The notes under the pieces are model-generated. The model saw only the letters and a list, made by a program, of their open reading frames with translations. It was not told the DNA's origin and did not search any database. Below are positions 10,012-19,280 of a stretch of DNA of 49,318 nucleotides, piece after piece; the stretch's first letter is position 1, and each line of letters begins with the position of its first letter. Origin of the DNA: Myxococcales bacterium (lineage in GTDB: Bacteria > Myxococcota > Myxococcia > Myxococcales > Anaeromyxobacteraceae). Where the stretch lies: NCBI GenBank assembly GCA_038320275.1, contig JBBQEB010000008.1, forward strand, positions 1 through 49,318, written 5' to 3'. Position numbers and translations under genes: made by a program.

Positions 10012-10719
10012 TCACCCTGGGCCGGGGACGTCAGCCAGGAGTCGCACCTTGGCCGCGCGCTCGGCGTACCTTCGCCGGGTGCGGGCGCTGAGGTCGGGTG
10101 GCTCCGCGGCGCGCACGCTGGGGTGGGCGAGCACCGCCTCGGTCCAGGCGGACACCGCCGGGAACGAGGAGAGCATCTGGGCTTCGGGAACGCCCCACCC
10201 CTCGGTGAGGCGGAGCCGCCGCAGGAAAGGTGCGAAGGCGACGTCCACCAGGCTGAACGCCGAGCCGCCGAAGAAGGGGCCGGCCCGGTCGGCCAGGATG
10301 GCCTCGAGCGTGTCGAGGGCGTCGCGGAGGCCGGCGAGGGGCTTTGCCAAGGCGTCGCCGCTCGATCCGCCGGCCATCGCCATCAGGGCGTGAAAGCCCG
10401 CCGGCATGGCCACGTCGTTCGCAAGAGCGATGAAGCCGCGCGCCTCGGCGCGGGCGATGGGGTCGGAAGGGAAGAGCGGCCGGGCTGGATACAGCTCCTC
10501 GAGGAGCTCGTTGATGATCGATGACTCGAAGATGGGTCGGCCATCGACGAGCAGCACCGGGACCCGGCCCATGGGGGAGATGGAGAGGAACCAGGCCGGC
10601 TTGTTCGCGAGGTCGATGAACTCGATCTCGTGCGGAAGGTCCTTCTCCAGGAGGACGATCCGGCTCCGCTCGACGTAAGGACAGAGCTCGAAGGAGATGA
10701 GCTTCAGATGATGCGGCAT
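10012..10719 (-). CDS. Glutathione S-transferase family protein
   Basis: CPYVER, ISPMGRVPVL, IFESSII, FSLVD motifs. Confidence 0.9.
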   Translation of the reverse strand: MPHHLKLISFELCPYVERSRIVLLEKDLPHEIEFIDLANKPAWFLSISPMGRVPVLLVDGRPIFESSIINELLEELYPARPLFPSDPIARAEARGFIALANDVAMPAGFHALMAMAGGSSGDALAKPLAGLRDALDTLEAILADRAGPFFGGSAFSLVDVAFAPFLRRLRLTEGWGVPEAQMLSSFPAVSAWTEAVLAHPSVRAAEPPDLSARTRRRYAERAAKVRLLADVPGPG

Positions 10720-10784
10720 GGAGCCTCCGCGGGTGTTCCAGCGACGTCGTTCGATGGACGGCAGAGCTTCGCGAGTCTTGCTGC

Positions 10785-11384
10785 CTACACGAACTTGCGG
10801 GCGTCGAGCGTCGCGCCCTGGTGCTTGCCCTCGACCGCCGCCAGGTAGGCCTTGGCGCAGGCCGCGGCGGGGATGCCGCCCGCAGGGTTCATGTTCATCC
10901 GCGCCAGCGTCTCCGAGATCCAGGGCGGGCTCACCACGTTGATGCGCTGCCCGTTCTGGAGCTCCACCGCGGCGCTCAGGACGAAGCCCTCCAGCGCCGC
11001 GTTCACCATGGAGATGGCGGAGGCGCCGGGCATGGGCTCGTGGGCGAGCGCGCCGCCGGTGAGAGTGACCGATCCACCTTTGCCGAGGTGCTGGAGCGCG
11101 ATGCGGGCGAGGTTCACCTGGCCCATGAGCTTGCTCCGCAGCCCGAGCTCGAAGTCCTCGTCGGAGAGCTGGGACAGCGGCTTGAACGCGGCGCTGCCCG
11201 CGCAGCTCACCACCGCGCCCACGCCCTTCACCTTCGAGAAGAGCTCCCGCAGCGACGCCGCGTCGTCGAGGTCGGCCTTCACCTCGCCGTGGCGGGAGAC
11301 GCGCACCACCTCGTGACGCGATGAGAGTGCCTGCGCGACGGCGGACCCGATGGTGCCGGTGGCTCCAACGACGACGATCTTCAT
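10785..11384 (-). CDS. Short-chain dehydrogenase/reductase
   Basis: MKIVVVGATGTIG Rossmann start, SKLMGQVNL, RINVVSP; GGAGGAG RBS. Confidence 0.9.
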   Translation of the reverse strand: MKIVVVGATGTIGSAVAQALSSRHEVVRVSRHGEVKADLDDAASLRELFSKVKGVGAVVSCAGSAAFKPLSQLSDEDFELGLRSKLMGQVNLARIALQHLGKGGSVTLTGGALAHEPMPGASAISMVNAALEGFVLSAAVELQNGQRINVVSPPWISETLARMNMNPAGGIPAAACAKAYLAAVEGKHQGATLDARKFV

Positions 11385-11562
11385 ATGCTCCTCCCGAGCA
11401 AGGGCTGGCCGCCCTGTGGTGTAGCGGCGGTCAGGCGGCGCCGCCCCTCTGCGCGGGCGGGCCGGAGCTCATGGCGAGCGCCTCGGAACGGTGGTGCGAA
11501 ACCATGTGGCGCGGGCGTGGGCCGCGGCCGGCATGGTGCTCGAAGGTCCGAGCTTTTCTCGC

Positions 11563-12393
11563 TCATCCCTGGAGCGTAGCGCGGCGCTGGCTTCGCTGGC
11601 CGTGGGAAGTGGCCGGAAGGGCTCTCGCACCACGGGTGGCAGGGGCCTTCGGTCCCGAGATCGCAACGGTGGCACTCGGCGGCAAGCTCGCGGGTCGCCG
11701 CAGCTCGCTCACCTGCACCAGCTCGAAGCCGCGCGCGCGCAGCCCCTCGACGATCTCGGGAAGCGCCTCGGCGGTGTGGAAGCGGGGATGGTTCATGTGC
11801 ATGACGACGATGGAACCGGGCCGAGCTGCGCGCAGGACCCAGCGCACGATGGCGTCCTTGGAGAGGTGGGGATCGGGATCGCCGGAGGGGAGGTCGTACT
11901 CGACGGTGGCGAGCCCCAGCGCGGCGGCGTCGCGCACGACTCTCGAGTCGTACTCGCCGAAGGGCGGGCGGAAGAGCGTCGGCGCGCGCCCAGTGCGCGC
12001 AGCGATCGCGGCCTGCGTCCGAAGGAGCTCGTCGCGGATCTGCGCATCCGTGTCGCGGGTGAGGTGCGGATGGCTGAAGGTGTGGTTTCCGAGCTCGAAG
12101 AGCGGGTCCGCGGCGAGCCGCTCGAGCGCCATGGGCTCCTCCATCGCCCAGCCACCCCCGACGAAGATGGTCGCGGGAACGCCCAGCCTGTCGAGGATGG
12201 CCGGGATGCGGGCGTCGAAGGGCGTCGGGTCGCGGGTCGTACAGAGGTCGAAGGTGAGGGCGACGCGGCGCTCTGCCCGCGTACCGTGCGAGAGCGCGAG
12301 GAGCGTGTCGGCGCGACCTGCGGCGCGGGTGGCGGAAGGAACGGCGAGCGTCAGTGCCAGGGTTGCCAGAGCGGCGGGAACGGTGCGCCTCAT
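11563..12393 (-). CDS. Secreted polysaccharide deacetylase (NodB/CE4 family)
   Basis: Signal peptide; VALTFDL, ELGNHTFSHP, FRPPFG, IVVMH motifs. Confidence 0.88.
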   Translation of the reverse strand: MRRTVPAALATLALTLAVPSATRAAGRADTLLALSHGTRAERRVALTFDLCTTRDPTPFDARIPAILDRLGVPATIFVGGGWAMEEPMALERLAADPLFELGNHTFSHPHLTRDTDAQIRDELLRTQAAIAARTGRAPTLFRPPFGEYDSRVVRDAAALGLATVEYDLPSGDPDPHLSKDAIVRWVLRAARPGSIVVMHMNHPRFHTAEALPEIVEGLRARGFELVQVSELRRPASLPPSATVAISGPKAPATRGARALPATSHGQRSQRRATLQG

Positions 12394-12447
12394 GCATCAG
12401 GGACGCGCCGCCCCCGCCCTGGATTCACGAGGCGCCCGGAAGAAGAC

Positions 12448-12918
12448 CTAGAACAGGCCCTTGAGGATGCCGCCCAGCGTGTCGTGCGACGCGCCCTCGG
12501 GCGGCACGTTGCCGTCCGGCGTGAGCTTGTCCACCAGGCTCGGCAGGATTCCCGAGAGCTGGCCTGCGAGCGCGCTGCGGTCGAGGCCGGTCTGCTGCGA
12601 GAGCTGATCGAGCCGCTCTGGGCCCAATGCCTCCTGGACCTGATCGGCCGATACGGGCTGATTGGGGCCCTGCGATACCCAGGAGCCCGCCACGTGCCCC
12701 AGCCCCTTCTGCTGGAATGCGGACAGGATCTGCTGGAGCCCGCCCCCGGCCAGCAGGCCCATCAGCGCTGGAATGAGCGCGCCGCCCATGCCGCCGGTGA
12801 GCCCACCCAGCCCCCCGCCACCCAGCGCGCCGCCCAGGCCGCCGCCTGAGGAGCTTTGACCAACCTGGCCACCACCCTGTCCACCCAGAGTCTTTCCCAG
12901 CTCGTCGAGAATGCCCAT
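12448..12918 (-). CDS. YidB/DUF937-like protein
   Basis: MGILD start, Gly-rich segment, SWVSQGPNQPVS and LPSLVDKLTPDG motifs; real gene is the 3' part of ORF 12448..13968. Confidence 0.82.
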   Translation of the reverse strand: MGILDELGKTLGGQGGGQVGQSSSGGGLGGALGGGGLGGLTGGMGGALIPALMGLLAGGGLQQILSAFQQKGLGHVAGSWVSQGPNQPVSADQVQEALGPERLDQLSQQTGLDRSALAGQLSGILPSLVDKLTPDGNVPPEGASHDTLGGILKGLF

Positions 12919-12953
12919 GGTCGTCGTCCTTTCGTGAGAGGCGGCGCGGCGCG

Positions 12954-13385
12954 CTACTCCGGGATCTTCAGCTTCTGCCCGGGCTGGATGACGTTCGGGT
13001 CGCGGAGCTGATCGCGGTTGGCTTCGAAGATCTTTCCGTACTTGGAAGCATCGCCGTAGAAGTGCTTGGCGATCTTGGAGAGCGAGTCCCCCGAGACCAC
13101 CTGGTAGGTCCTCGCGCCGTCGCCGGAGCTCTGCTGCGAGGAAGCGGGCGCCGCGGGAGCGGGCAAGCTGGCGTCGACGCTGATGTCGGCAGTGAGGTCC
13201 GCGTATTGCGCATCGACCGACTTGATGGCAGTCCAGACCTCGTTCTTGATGGCGTCGTTCGGCGCCGCCCCGCGGATGAGGAGCTTGTCGCCTTCGAGGT
13301 TGATGTTCTTCCAGGAGACGCCCCGGCGAGCGCCCGCGTCGATCACCGATTGATACTTCGCCTTGAGCTGCGCTTCGTCTGCCAT
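12954..13385 (-). CDS. LysM domain protein (YgaU/Kbp-like, with BON-like N-terminus)
   Basis: C-terminal LysM YQVVSGDSLSKIAKHFYG...IFEANR.....P..IQPGQKLKIP; ATG 13385 follows a purine-rich RBS. Confidence 0.88.
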   Translation of the reverse strand: MADEAQLKAKYQSVIDAGARRGVSWKNINLEGDKLLIRGAAPNDAIKNEVWTAIKSVDAQYADLTADISVDASLPAPAAPASSQQSSGDGARTYQVVSGDSLSKIAKHFYGDASKYGKIFEANRDQLRDPNVIQPGQKLKIPE

Positions 13386-13510
13386 GGTCCTGCCCCCCTT
13401 CGAGGTGAGCCGTGAAGCTAAGCACCGCGCGCGGCGGTGGGGACCTGCGCGAACAGCGGGCCCTTGCTCGGATGTCCGTCCCCCGTCGTACCGTGGGTCG
13501 TGGGGGAAAG

Positions 13511-14914
13511 ATGACATCCATGTGGCTGGGCGGGATGGCGGTGGTGCTGCTCGGCGTCTTCGCCTTTGCCGGACCGTTCCTCGCGCGGAAGGGCGACCGC
13601 GCCGAGCTGCTCAGGCTATCCTCGGAGCTGGCTCGTGCGGCAGCCCTCGCCGAGGGCGTACCGGCGCTGCAGGGCGAGATCGCGCGCCTGCGCGGCCACG
13701 CGGACGCGCTGCAGGGCGAGAACACCGCCCTGGTGGAGGAGCGTGCCCGGCTGGCCTCGGAGCTGGAGGCAGAGCGGCGCGCGGCGGCCGAGCGGGCAGC
13801 GGAGGCGGACCGCGCCCGCGGCCAGGTGCGCTCGGAGATCGAGCTGCTCGCGACGCGGCTGCTGGAGGAGAAGGGCAGCGCCATGCTGAACGCGAGCCGC
13901 GAGGGCCTGGCCGCGCTGCTGCAGCCGGTCGCCGCGCGGCTCCGCGAATTCGAGGCCAAGGTCGACAAGACCTACGATCAGGAGAACCGCGATCGCGCCT
14001 CCCTCCTCACCTCGCTGGCGGGGCTGCAGGAGGCGCAGGCGCGGCTCCACCAGGACGCGGAGAGCCTCTCGCGCGCGCTCACCGGCGACTCGAAGGCCCA
14101 GGGCGACTGGGGCGAGCTCGTGCTGGAGCGGGTGCTGGAGACGGCCGGGCTCACGCAGGGGCGCGAGTACGATCTCCAGGTGACCTGCCCCGACGGCGAG
14201 GGCGGGCGAAAGCGGCCGGACGCGCTCGTCTACCTCCCGGGCGATCGGGTGATCGTGGTGGACGCGAAGTGCTCGCTGACCGCCTTCGTGGCCGCGACGC
14301 GGGCGGGCTGCGAGGCGGCGCGCGAGGCGGCGCTCGACGCGCACCTCCAGAGCCTGCGGAGCCACGTGCGCGAGCTCGCCGGCAAGTGCTACCCGGACGT
14401 CGTGCAGAGGCGGACCGTCGATGTCGTCTTCATGTTCGTGCCGAGCGAGGCGGCCTTCCAGGCGGCCCTGTCGCGCGAGCCTGCCCTGCACGGGGAGGCG
14501 TTCCGCCAGCGGGTGGTGATCTGTAGCCCCACCACGCTGCTGGCCGCGCTCCAGATCGTGAACCACCTCTGGCGGGCCGAGAGCCAGAACGCCAACGCCG
14601 AGAAGATCGCCTGCGAGGCGGGCAAGCTCGTGGAGAAGCTCGCCGCCTTCCTGGTCGATCTGGACGCGGTGGGCGCCCGCCTGGAGCAGGCGCAGACGTC
14701 CTTCGGCCAGGCGCGCTCGAAGCTGGCCAGCGGAAGGGGGAACGCCCTCAAGACGGCGGCGGCGGTGGCGCAGCTGGGGGCGCGGACGCGGCCGGACAAG
14801 ATCGCGCCGCTCCTGCGCGAGGCGGCAGGAGAAGAAGAGGGCGACGACGCGCTGGAGGTCCTGGCCCTCACCCCGAGCGCGGCGCAGCGGCCCTCGAAGT
14901 CACCGGCGGCGTGA
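13511..14914 (+). CDS. rmuC: DNA recombination protein RmuC
   Basis: N-terminal TM and coiled coil; K.QGDWGE..LE, RPD...LP...IVVDAK, MFVPSE, SPTTLL motifs. Confidence 0.92.
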   Translation: MTSMWLGGMAVVLLGVFAFAGPFLARKGDRAELLRLSSELARAAALAEGVPALQGEIARLRGHADALQGENTALVEERARLASELEAERRAAAERAAEADRARGQVRSEIELLATRLLEEKGSAMLNASREGLAALLQPVAARLREFEAKVDKTYDQENRDRASLLTSLAGLQEAQARLHQDAESLSRALTGDSKAQGDWGELVLERVLETAGLTQGREYDLQVTCPDGEGGRKRPDALVYLPGDRVIVVDAKCSLTAFVAATRAGCEAAREAALDAHLQSLRSHVRELAGKCYPDVVQRRTVDVVFMFVPSEAAFQAALSREPALHGEAFRQRVVICSPTTLLAALQIVNHLWRAESQNANAEKIACEAGKLVEKLAAFLVDLDAVGARLEQAQTSFGQARSKLASGRGNALKTAAAVAQLGARTRPDKIAPLLREAAGEEEGDDALEVLALTPSAAQRPSKSPAA

Positions 14915-14989
14915 TGTGACAGGTGAGCGGCACCCGGCGGCGAGCCGCCCTCGGCAGGCGGAGCACGACGGCCGCCGCCCCGTCGGCGA

Positions 14990-15520
14990 TCAGTAGCCGC
15001 GCTCCCACACGGTGAGCGCGCCGGTGCCCACGTCCATCAGCGCCGCGTGCACCGGCATCCTGGGAAGGAAGGGCGCCGAGCGGATGGCTTCCACCGTCTC
15101 GGCGACGGCCGCCCGCTGGTCGGCGACGAGCCCGAAGAACTTGCCCACGTCCTGATCCTTGCCGAGCCCGGCCAGCGGGACGCCGCGCCGCTCCAGGGCC
15201 TGGCGGATGTCGTCCGGACCGAAGCGCGTCACGCCGCAGTCGGTGTGAGGCATGACGAGCACCTCGCGGCAGTCGTTCACGTAGACCGTCGCCGCGAGCC
15301 CACGCAGCATTTCCGACCCCGCCGCGATGCGCGCGCCCGGGATGCGGATGGCGACCGCGTGGCCGCGTTCCACTCCGAGGGCGGAACTGAACCAGCGGGT
15401 GAGGCGGGGATCGACGCAGGTGACGATGCAGAGGTGCCGGTTGGCGACGAAGGAGCCGAGCTCGCCGCTCCTCTGCACCGCTTTACCATTTGCGTCGAGA
15501 AGCTCGTCCAGCAAGGTCAT
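14990..15520 (-). CDS. Beta-class carbonic anhydrase
   Basis: Zn-ligand motifs TCVDPR (CxD) and HTDCG (HxxC). Confidence 0.85.
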   Translation of the reverse strand: MTLLDELLDANGKAVQRSGELGSFVANRHLCIVTCVDPRLTRWFSSALGVERGHAVAIRIPGARIAAGSEMLRGLAATVYVNDCREVLVMPHTDCGVTRFGPDDIRQALERRGVPLAGLGKDQDVGKFFGLVADQRAAVAETVEAIRSAPFLPRMPVHAALMDVGTGALTVWERGY

Positions 15521-15657
15521 GCGCGGCTCCGTTCGTGCGGGTCCGCCAGCAGTGCGGACCAGCGTCGTACTTAGGGAATGCGGGGGTGGCCGCAAGGCTG
15601 TCGTGCGGCCCCCGTCGTGGCCTTGTCCCGGGCGCCCCCCGGCATGAAACCCGCTGG

Positions 15658-18381
15658 GTGAACGAACTCACCGCGGCGCAGGACACGGACGAGCTCGCCC
15701 TCCGCGACGTCATCCGCAAGCTGGGCAGCATCCTGGGCGAGACGCTGGCAGAGCTGTACGGGCAGGGCGCCCTGGAGGCGGTGGAGGGGCTGCGCCGCTC
15801 CGCGGTGGCGCTCCGCAAGGGCGAGCTGCCGGGGGGCCGCGCCGCCTTCGCGCGCGGCATCGAGGCCCGCCCGACCGGGGACCTGGCGCGCATGGCGGAG
15901 TCCTTTGCCCATCTCTTCCAGCTCATCAACACCGCCGAGGAGGCGCACCGCGCGCGCATCCTGCGCGCCCGCGACCGGGAGGGCGGACCGGTGGATGGCT
16001 CGGTGGCGGCCGCGGTCGTCGAGCTGGGCGCATCCGGCGCGGGGCCGGCCGAGGTGCAAGAGCTCCTCGACCGGATGCTGGTGATGCCGGTGCTCACCGC
16101 GCATCCCACCGAGGCGCGCCGGCGCACCGTTCTCGATCACCTGTCGCAGGTGGCACGCGCGCTCGACCGGCTGGACGACCCGCGGGCGGGCGCGCGCGAG
16201 CGGGCGCGCGAGGAGGTCCGCCTGCGCGAGGTCGTGACGGCCCTCGCGGCCACGCACGCCGGCCGCACCGAGCGCCCGAGCCCGCTCGACGAGGTGCAGG
16301 CCGGGCTGCTCCACTTCGAGCGCACCCTTCTCGATGCCGTCCCGGCCGTCTACAGGGAGCTGGAGCGCGCGCTCGAGGAGCGCTGGCCGGGGGCTGGGCT
16401 GCGGGTGCCACCCTTCCTGCGCTTCGGCACCTGGATCGGCGGCGACCGCGATGGAAATCCGTTCGTCACGGCGGCGGTCACACGCGCCGCTCTGGAGCGG
16501 CAGCGGGCGGTCGCGCTGAGCCGCTACCTCGCCGACGTGCAGCGGCTCTCCCGCGCGCTGTCTCCGGCGCGCATCGGAGACCCCTCCGCGCTGGAAAAGC
16601 TGGAGAGCTCCATCGCCGCGGACAGGGACGCCTTGCGCGTGCCGGGACTTTCGGCCGGCCTGCGCTCGGACGAGCGCTGGCGCGAGAAGCTGCGGTGGAT
16701 GTCGGCGCGGCTGGCGGCGGCGCGGGTGCGGGGGGAGGGCGGTTACCCCGACGCAGCCGCCTACGTGGCCGACCTCGCCCTCCTGCAGCGCACCCTGACC
16801 TCGCAAGGCCTGGGGCGGCTTGCCGAGGGCGAGCTGGAGGAAGCGCGGCGGCGGGCCGAGGTGTTCGGGTTCCACCTCGCCTCGCTCGACGTGCGGCAGC
16901 ACTCCGGCGTGCACGAGAGGGCGGTGGACGAGATCCTCGCCCAGGCCGGCCTGCCCGGCTACGCCGAGCTTCACGAAGAGGCGCGGCTCGCCGTGCTGAC
17001 GGAGGGGCTGCAGCGCCCGTCGCTCTCCGGCGCGGAGCGGGCGCGGCTGGGGCCGGAGGCGCGCGAGGCGGTCGAGACCTTGCGGGTGGTGGGTTGGGCG
17101 CGCCGCGACCTCGGACCGGAAGCCTGCGAGCGGTACGTGGTGAGCTTCACCGCCGCCACCAGCGACCTGCTGGAGGTGCTCTTCCTCGCCAGGGCCGCCG
17201 GGCTGGCGGCCGACGAGATCCGCCCGGTGCCGCTCCTGGAACAGCTCCAGGACCTGGCCGCTGGGCCGGAGATCGCGCAGCGGGCGCTCTCCATCGCGCC
17301 GCTCCGCGCCGCCTTCCGCGGCGAGCTCGAGGTGATGGTCGGTTACTCGGACAGCTGCAAGCAGGTGGGGTACGTGCCGAGCCAGGTGGCGCTCCACAAG
17401 GCACAGCTCGCGCTCGCCCAGGTGGCCGAGGCGGAGGGCGTGATGCTCACCATCTTCCACGGCCGGGGAGGCGCGGTCGGGCGGGGAGGCGGGCCGGCCA
17501 ACCGCGCCATCCGCGCGCAGCCGCGCCCGGCCCTGCGCGGCCGCTTCCGGGTCACGGAGCAGGGGGAGACCATCGCCACGCGGTACGGCAGGGAGGAGAT
17601 CGCCCGACGCGACCTGGAGCAGATGGTGAACGCGGTGCTGGTGGCCTCCGCGGGGCCGATGGCTCCGGCGGCCGATGACGCCACCCGCAGCCTGGAGGGC
17701 TCCCTCGACGAGGCGGCCGGCGCGGCGCTCGGGGCCTATCGCGCGCTGACCGCCGATCCCGGGCGGCTCGCCCGGTATGCACTCGCCGCCACCCCGCTGG
17801 CGGAGATCCCGGAGCTACGCCTCGCCTCGCGCCCCTCCAGCCGGAGCGGACAGCTCGCGCTGGAGTCGCTGCGCGCCATCCCCTGGGTGTTCTCCTGGAA
17901 TCAGAGCCGTCACGGACTGCCGGGATGGTACGGGCTGGGGAGCGGGCTCGAGGCGCTGGTGAAGGAACTGGGCGAGGCGGGAGCGCGCGAGGCCTACCGC
18001 GGCTGGCCGCTCCTGCGCGGGCTGGTGGACAACGCGCGCCTCGCGCTCACCCAGGCCGACATCGACGTGGCGGCCTGCTATGCGGAGCTGGCGAGCCCGG
18101 AGGACCGCGGGCTGTTCCAGTTCGTGCGCGAGGAGCACGCGCGCACGGTGCGGCTCCTCCTGGCGGTCACCGGAGACTCGACGCTGCTCGGGCCCTGGCC
18201 GACCCTCGCCCGGGCGGCGGAGCGCCGCAACCCGTACATCGACGTGCTCTCGCACATCCAGATCGCGCTCCTGCGCCGCTTGCGGGAGGCGAAGGCCGGC
18301 GGCGAGGAGGCGGCGGCGCTGCACGAGGCGATCTCGCTCACCATGAACGGCATCGCCGCAGGGCTGCAGACGGTGGGTTGA
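15658..18381 (+). CDS. ppc: Phosphoenolpyruvate carboxylase
   Basis: VLTAHPTE, WIGGDRDGNP, MVGYSDS.K, FHGRGG.VGRGG, RVTEQGE, LRAIPWVFSW motifs. Start GTG 15658 is approximate. Confidence 0.93.
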   Translation: MNELTAAQDTDELALRDVIRKLGSILGETLAELYGQGALEAVEGLRRSAVALRKGELPGGRAAFARGIEARPTGDLARMAESFAHLFQLINTAEEAHRARILRARDREGGPVDGSVAAAVVELGASGAGPAEVQELLDRMLVMPVLTAHPTEARRRTVLDHLSQVARALDRLDDPRAGARERAREEVRLREVVTALAATHAGRTERPSPLDEVQAGLLHFERTLLDAVPAVYRELERALEERWPGAGLRVPPFLRFGTWIGGDRDGNPFVTAAVTRAALERQRAVALSRYLADVQRLSRALSPARIGDPSALEKLESSIAADRDALRVPGLSAGLRSDERWREKLRWMSARLAAARVRGEGGYPDAAAYVADLALLQRTLTSQGLGRLAEGELEEARRRAEVFGFHLASLDVRQHSGVHERAVDEILAQAGLPGYAELHEEARLAVLTEGLQRPSLSGAERARLGPEAREAVETLRVVGWARRDLGPEACERYVVSFTAATSDLLEVLFLARAAGLAADEIRPVPLLEQLQDLAAGPEIAQRALSIAPLRAAFRGELEVMVGYSDSCKQVGYVPSQVALHKAQLALAQVAEAEGVMLTIFHGRGGAVGRGGGPANRAIRAQPRPALRGRFRVTEQGETIATRYGREEIARRDLEQMVNAVLVASAGPMAPAADDATRSLEGSLDEAAGAALGAYRALTADPGRLARYALAATPLAEIPELRLASRPSSRSGQLALESLRAIPWVFSWNQSRHGLPGWYGLGSGLEALVKELGEAGAREAYRGWPLLRGLVDNARLALTQADIDVAACYAELASPEDRGLFQFVREEHARTVRLLLAVTGDSTLLGPWPTLARAAERRNPYIDVLSHIQIALLRRLREAKAGGEEAAALHEAISLTMNGIAAGLQTVG

Positions 18382-18438
18382 GGGGCGGCCCGCGGCGACG
18401 GGGCGGAAGAAGGGTCGCCGCAGCCGGCCGGTGCGGCC

Positions 18439-18807
18439 TCACTCCATGGGTCGGCTCTTGCCGTCGACGTTCGTGACGTGCAGCGCGGACAGATCCACCC
18501 CTTCCAGGCAGCGCACGTTCACGACCATGACCTCGGAGCCGTCCGGAGCGGCGCCGTAGGCGAACGGCCGGATGCCGCAGGTCGGGCAGAACGGGTGGTG
18601 CGCGTGCTTCTTCCCGTACTGGTAGTCGGTGAGCAGCTCCCGGCCGCTCTGGACGTGAACCTGCGATCCCGGAAGCATGGCGTGGAGCGCTCCCGTGCGG
18701 GAACAGATGGAACAGTTGCAGGACATGACGCTGTCGAGCGCCGCGGTCGCCACGAACTTGACCGCGCCACAGTGGCAGCTTCCCTCGTACGTCTTCACGT
18801 CGGCCAT
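18439..18807 (-). CDS. GFA (CENP-V-like) Zn-binding family protein
   Basis: YEGSCHCGAV, CNCSIC, FCPTCGI, VNVRCL motifs. Confidence 0.9.
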   Translation of the reverse strand: MADVKTYEGSCHCGAVKFVATAALDSVMSCNCSICSRTGALHAMLPGSQVHVQSGRELLTDYQYGKKHAHHPFCPTCGIRPFAYGAAPDGSEVMVVNVRCLEGVDLSALHVTNVDGKSRPME

Positions 18808-18823
18808 GGTGCTCTTCCTCGGA

Positions 18824-19267
18824 TCAGCGCTGGGGATCGCCCTGCTGCTGGGTGGCGCTGCGTGGCGGGGTGGGCGAGGCGGCGCTCGAGTTGGGCACGT
18901 CGGGGCTCGGCGCATGCGCATGCGCGGCGCCTGCCGCCCCCTTCGCCTTCTTGCCCTTGCGCCTCGCCGGCGTCCGCTGCTCCTCCTGCGGAGTGGTTCC
19001 CTTCTTCAGCTTCTTCTGCACCGGCTGGCCAGCGCTCCCGTGCGCCTCCACGCCGGAAGGCGTTCCGTAGCCGTAACCCTCGAGCTTGTCTCTCTTCCCG
19101 TCACGGGTGGCCCCGCTGCCCTCGCCCGGCTTCGGGTTGGAGGTTTGCCCCTCCTGTGCCTTCGACTCGGCCGGCGTCTGCTGCTCCTGCGCGGCGGTGG
19201 GCTTCTCGCCCGCTGCCGCTGGCCGGACCGCGAGTGCCAGGCCGAGGGTGAGAATGGCTGCGCGCAT
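18824..19267 (-). CDS. Hypothetical secreted low-complexity protein
   Basis: Signal-peptide-like start MRAAILTLGLALA, GAGGAG RBS, packed between fdhE and the GFA gene. Confidence 0.6.
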   Translation of the reverse strand: MRAAILTLGLALAVRPAAAGEKPTAAQEQQTPAESKAQEGQTSNPKPGEGSGATRDGKRDKLEGYGYGTPSGVEAHGSAGQPVQKKLKKGTTPQEEQRTPARRKGKKAKGAAGAAHAHAPSPDVPNSSAASPTPPRSATQQQGDPQR

Positions 19268-19280
19268 GGTCTCTCCTCTG

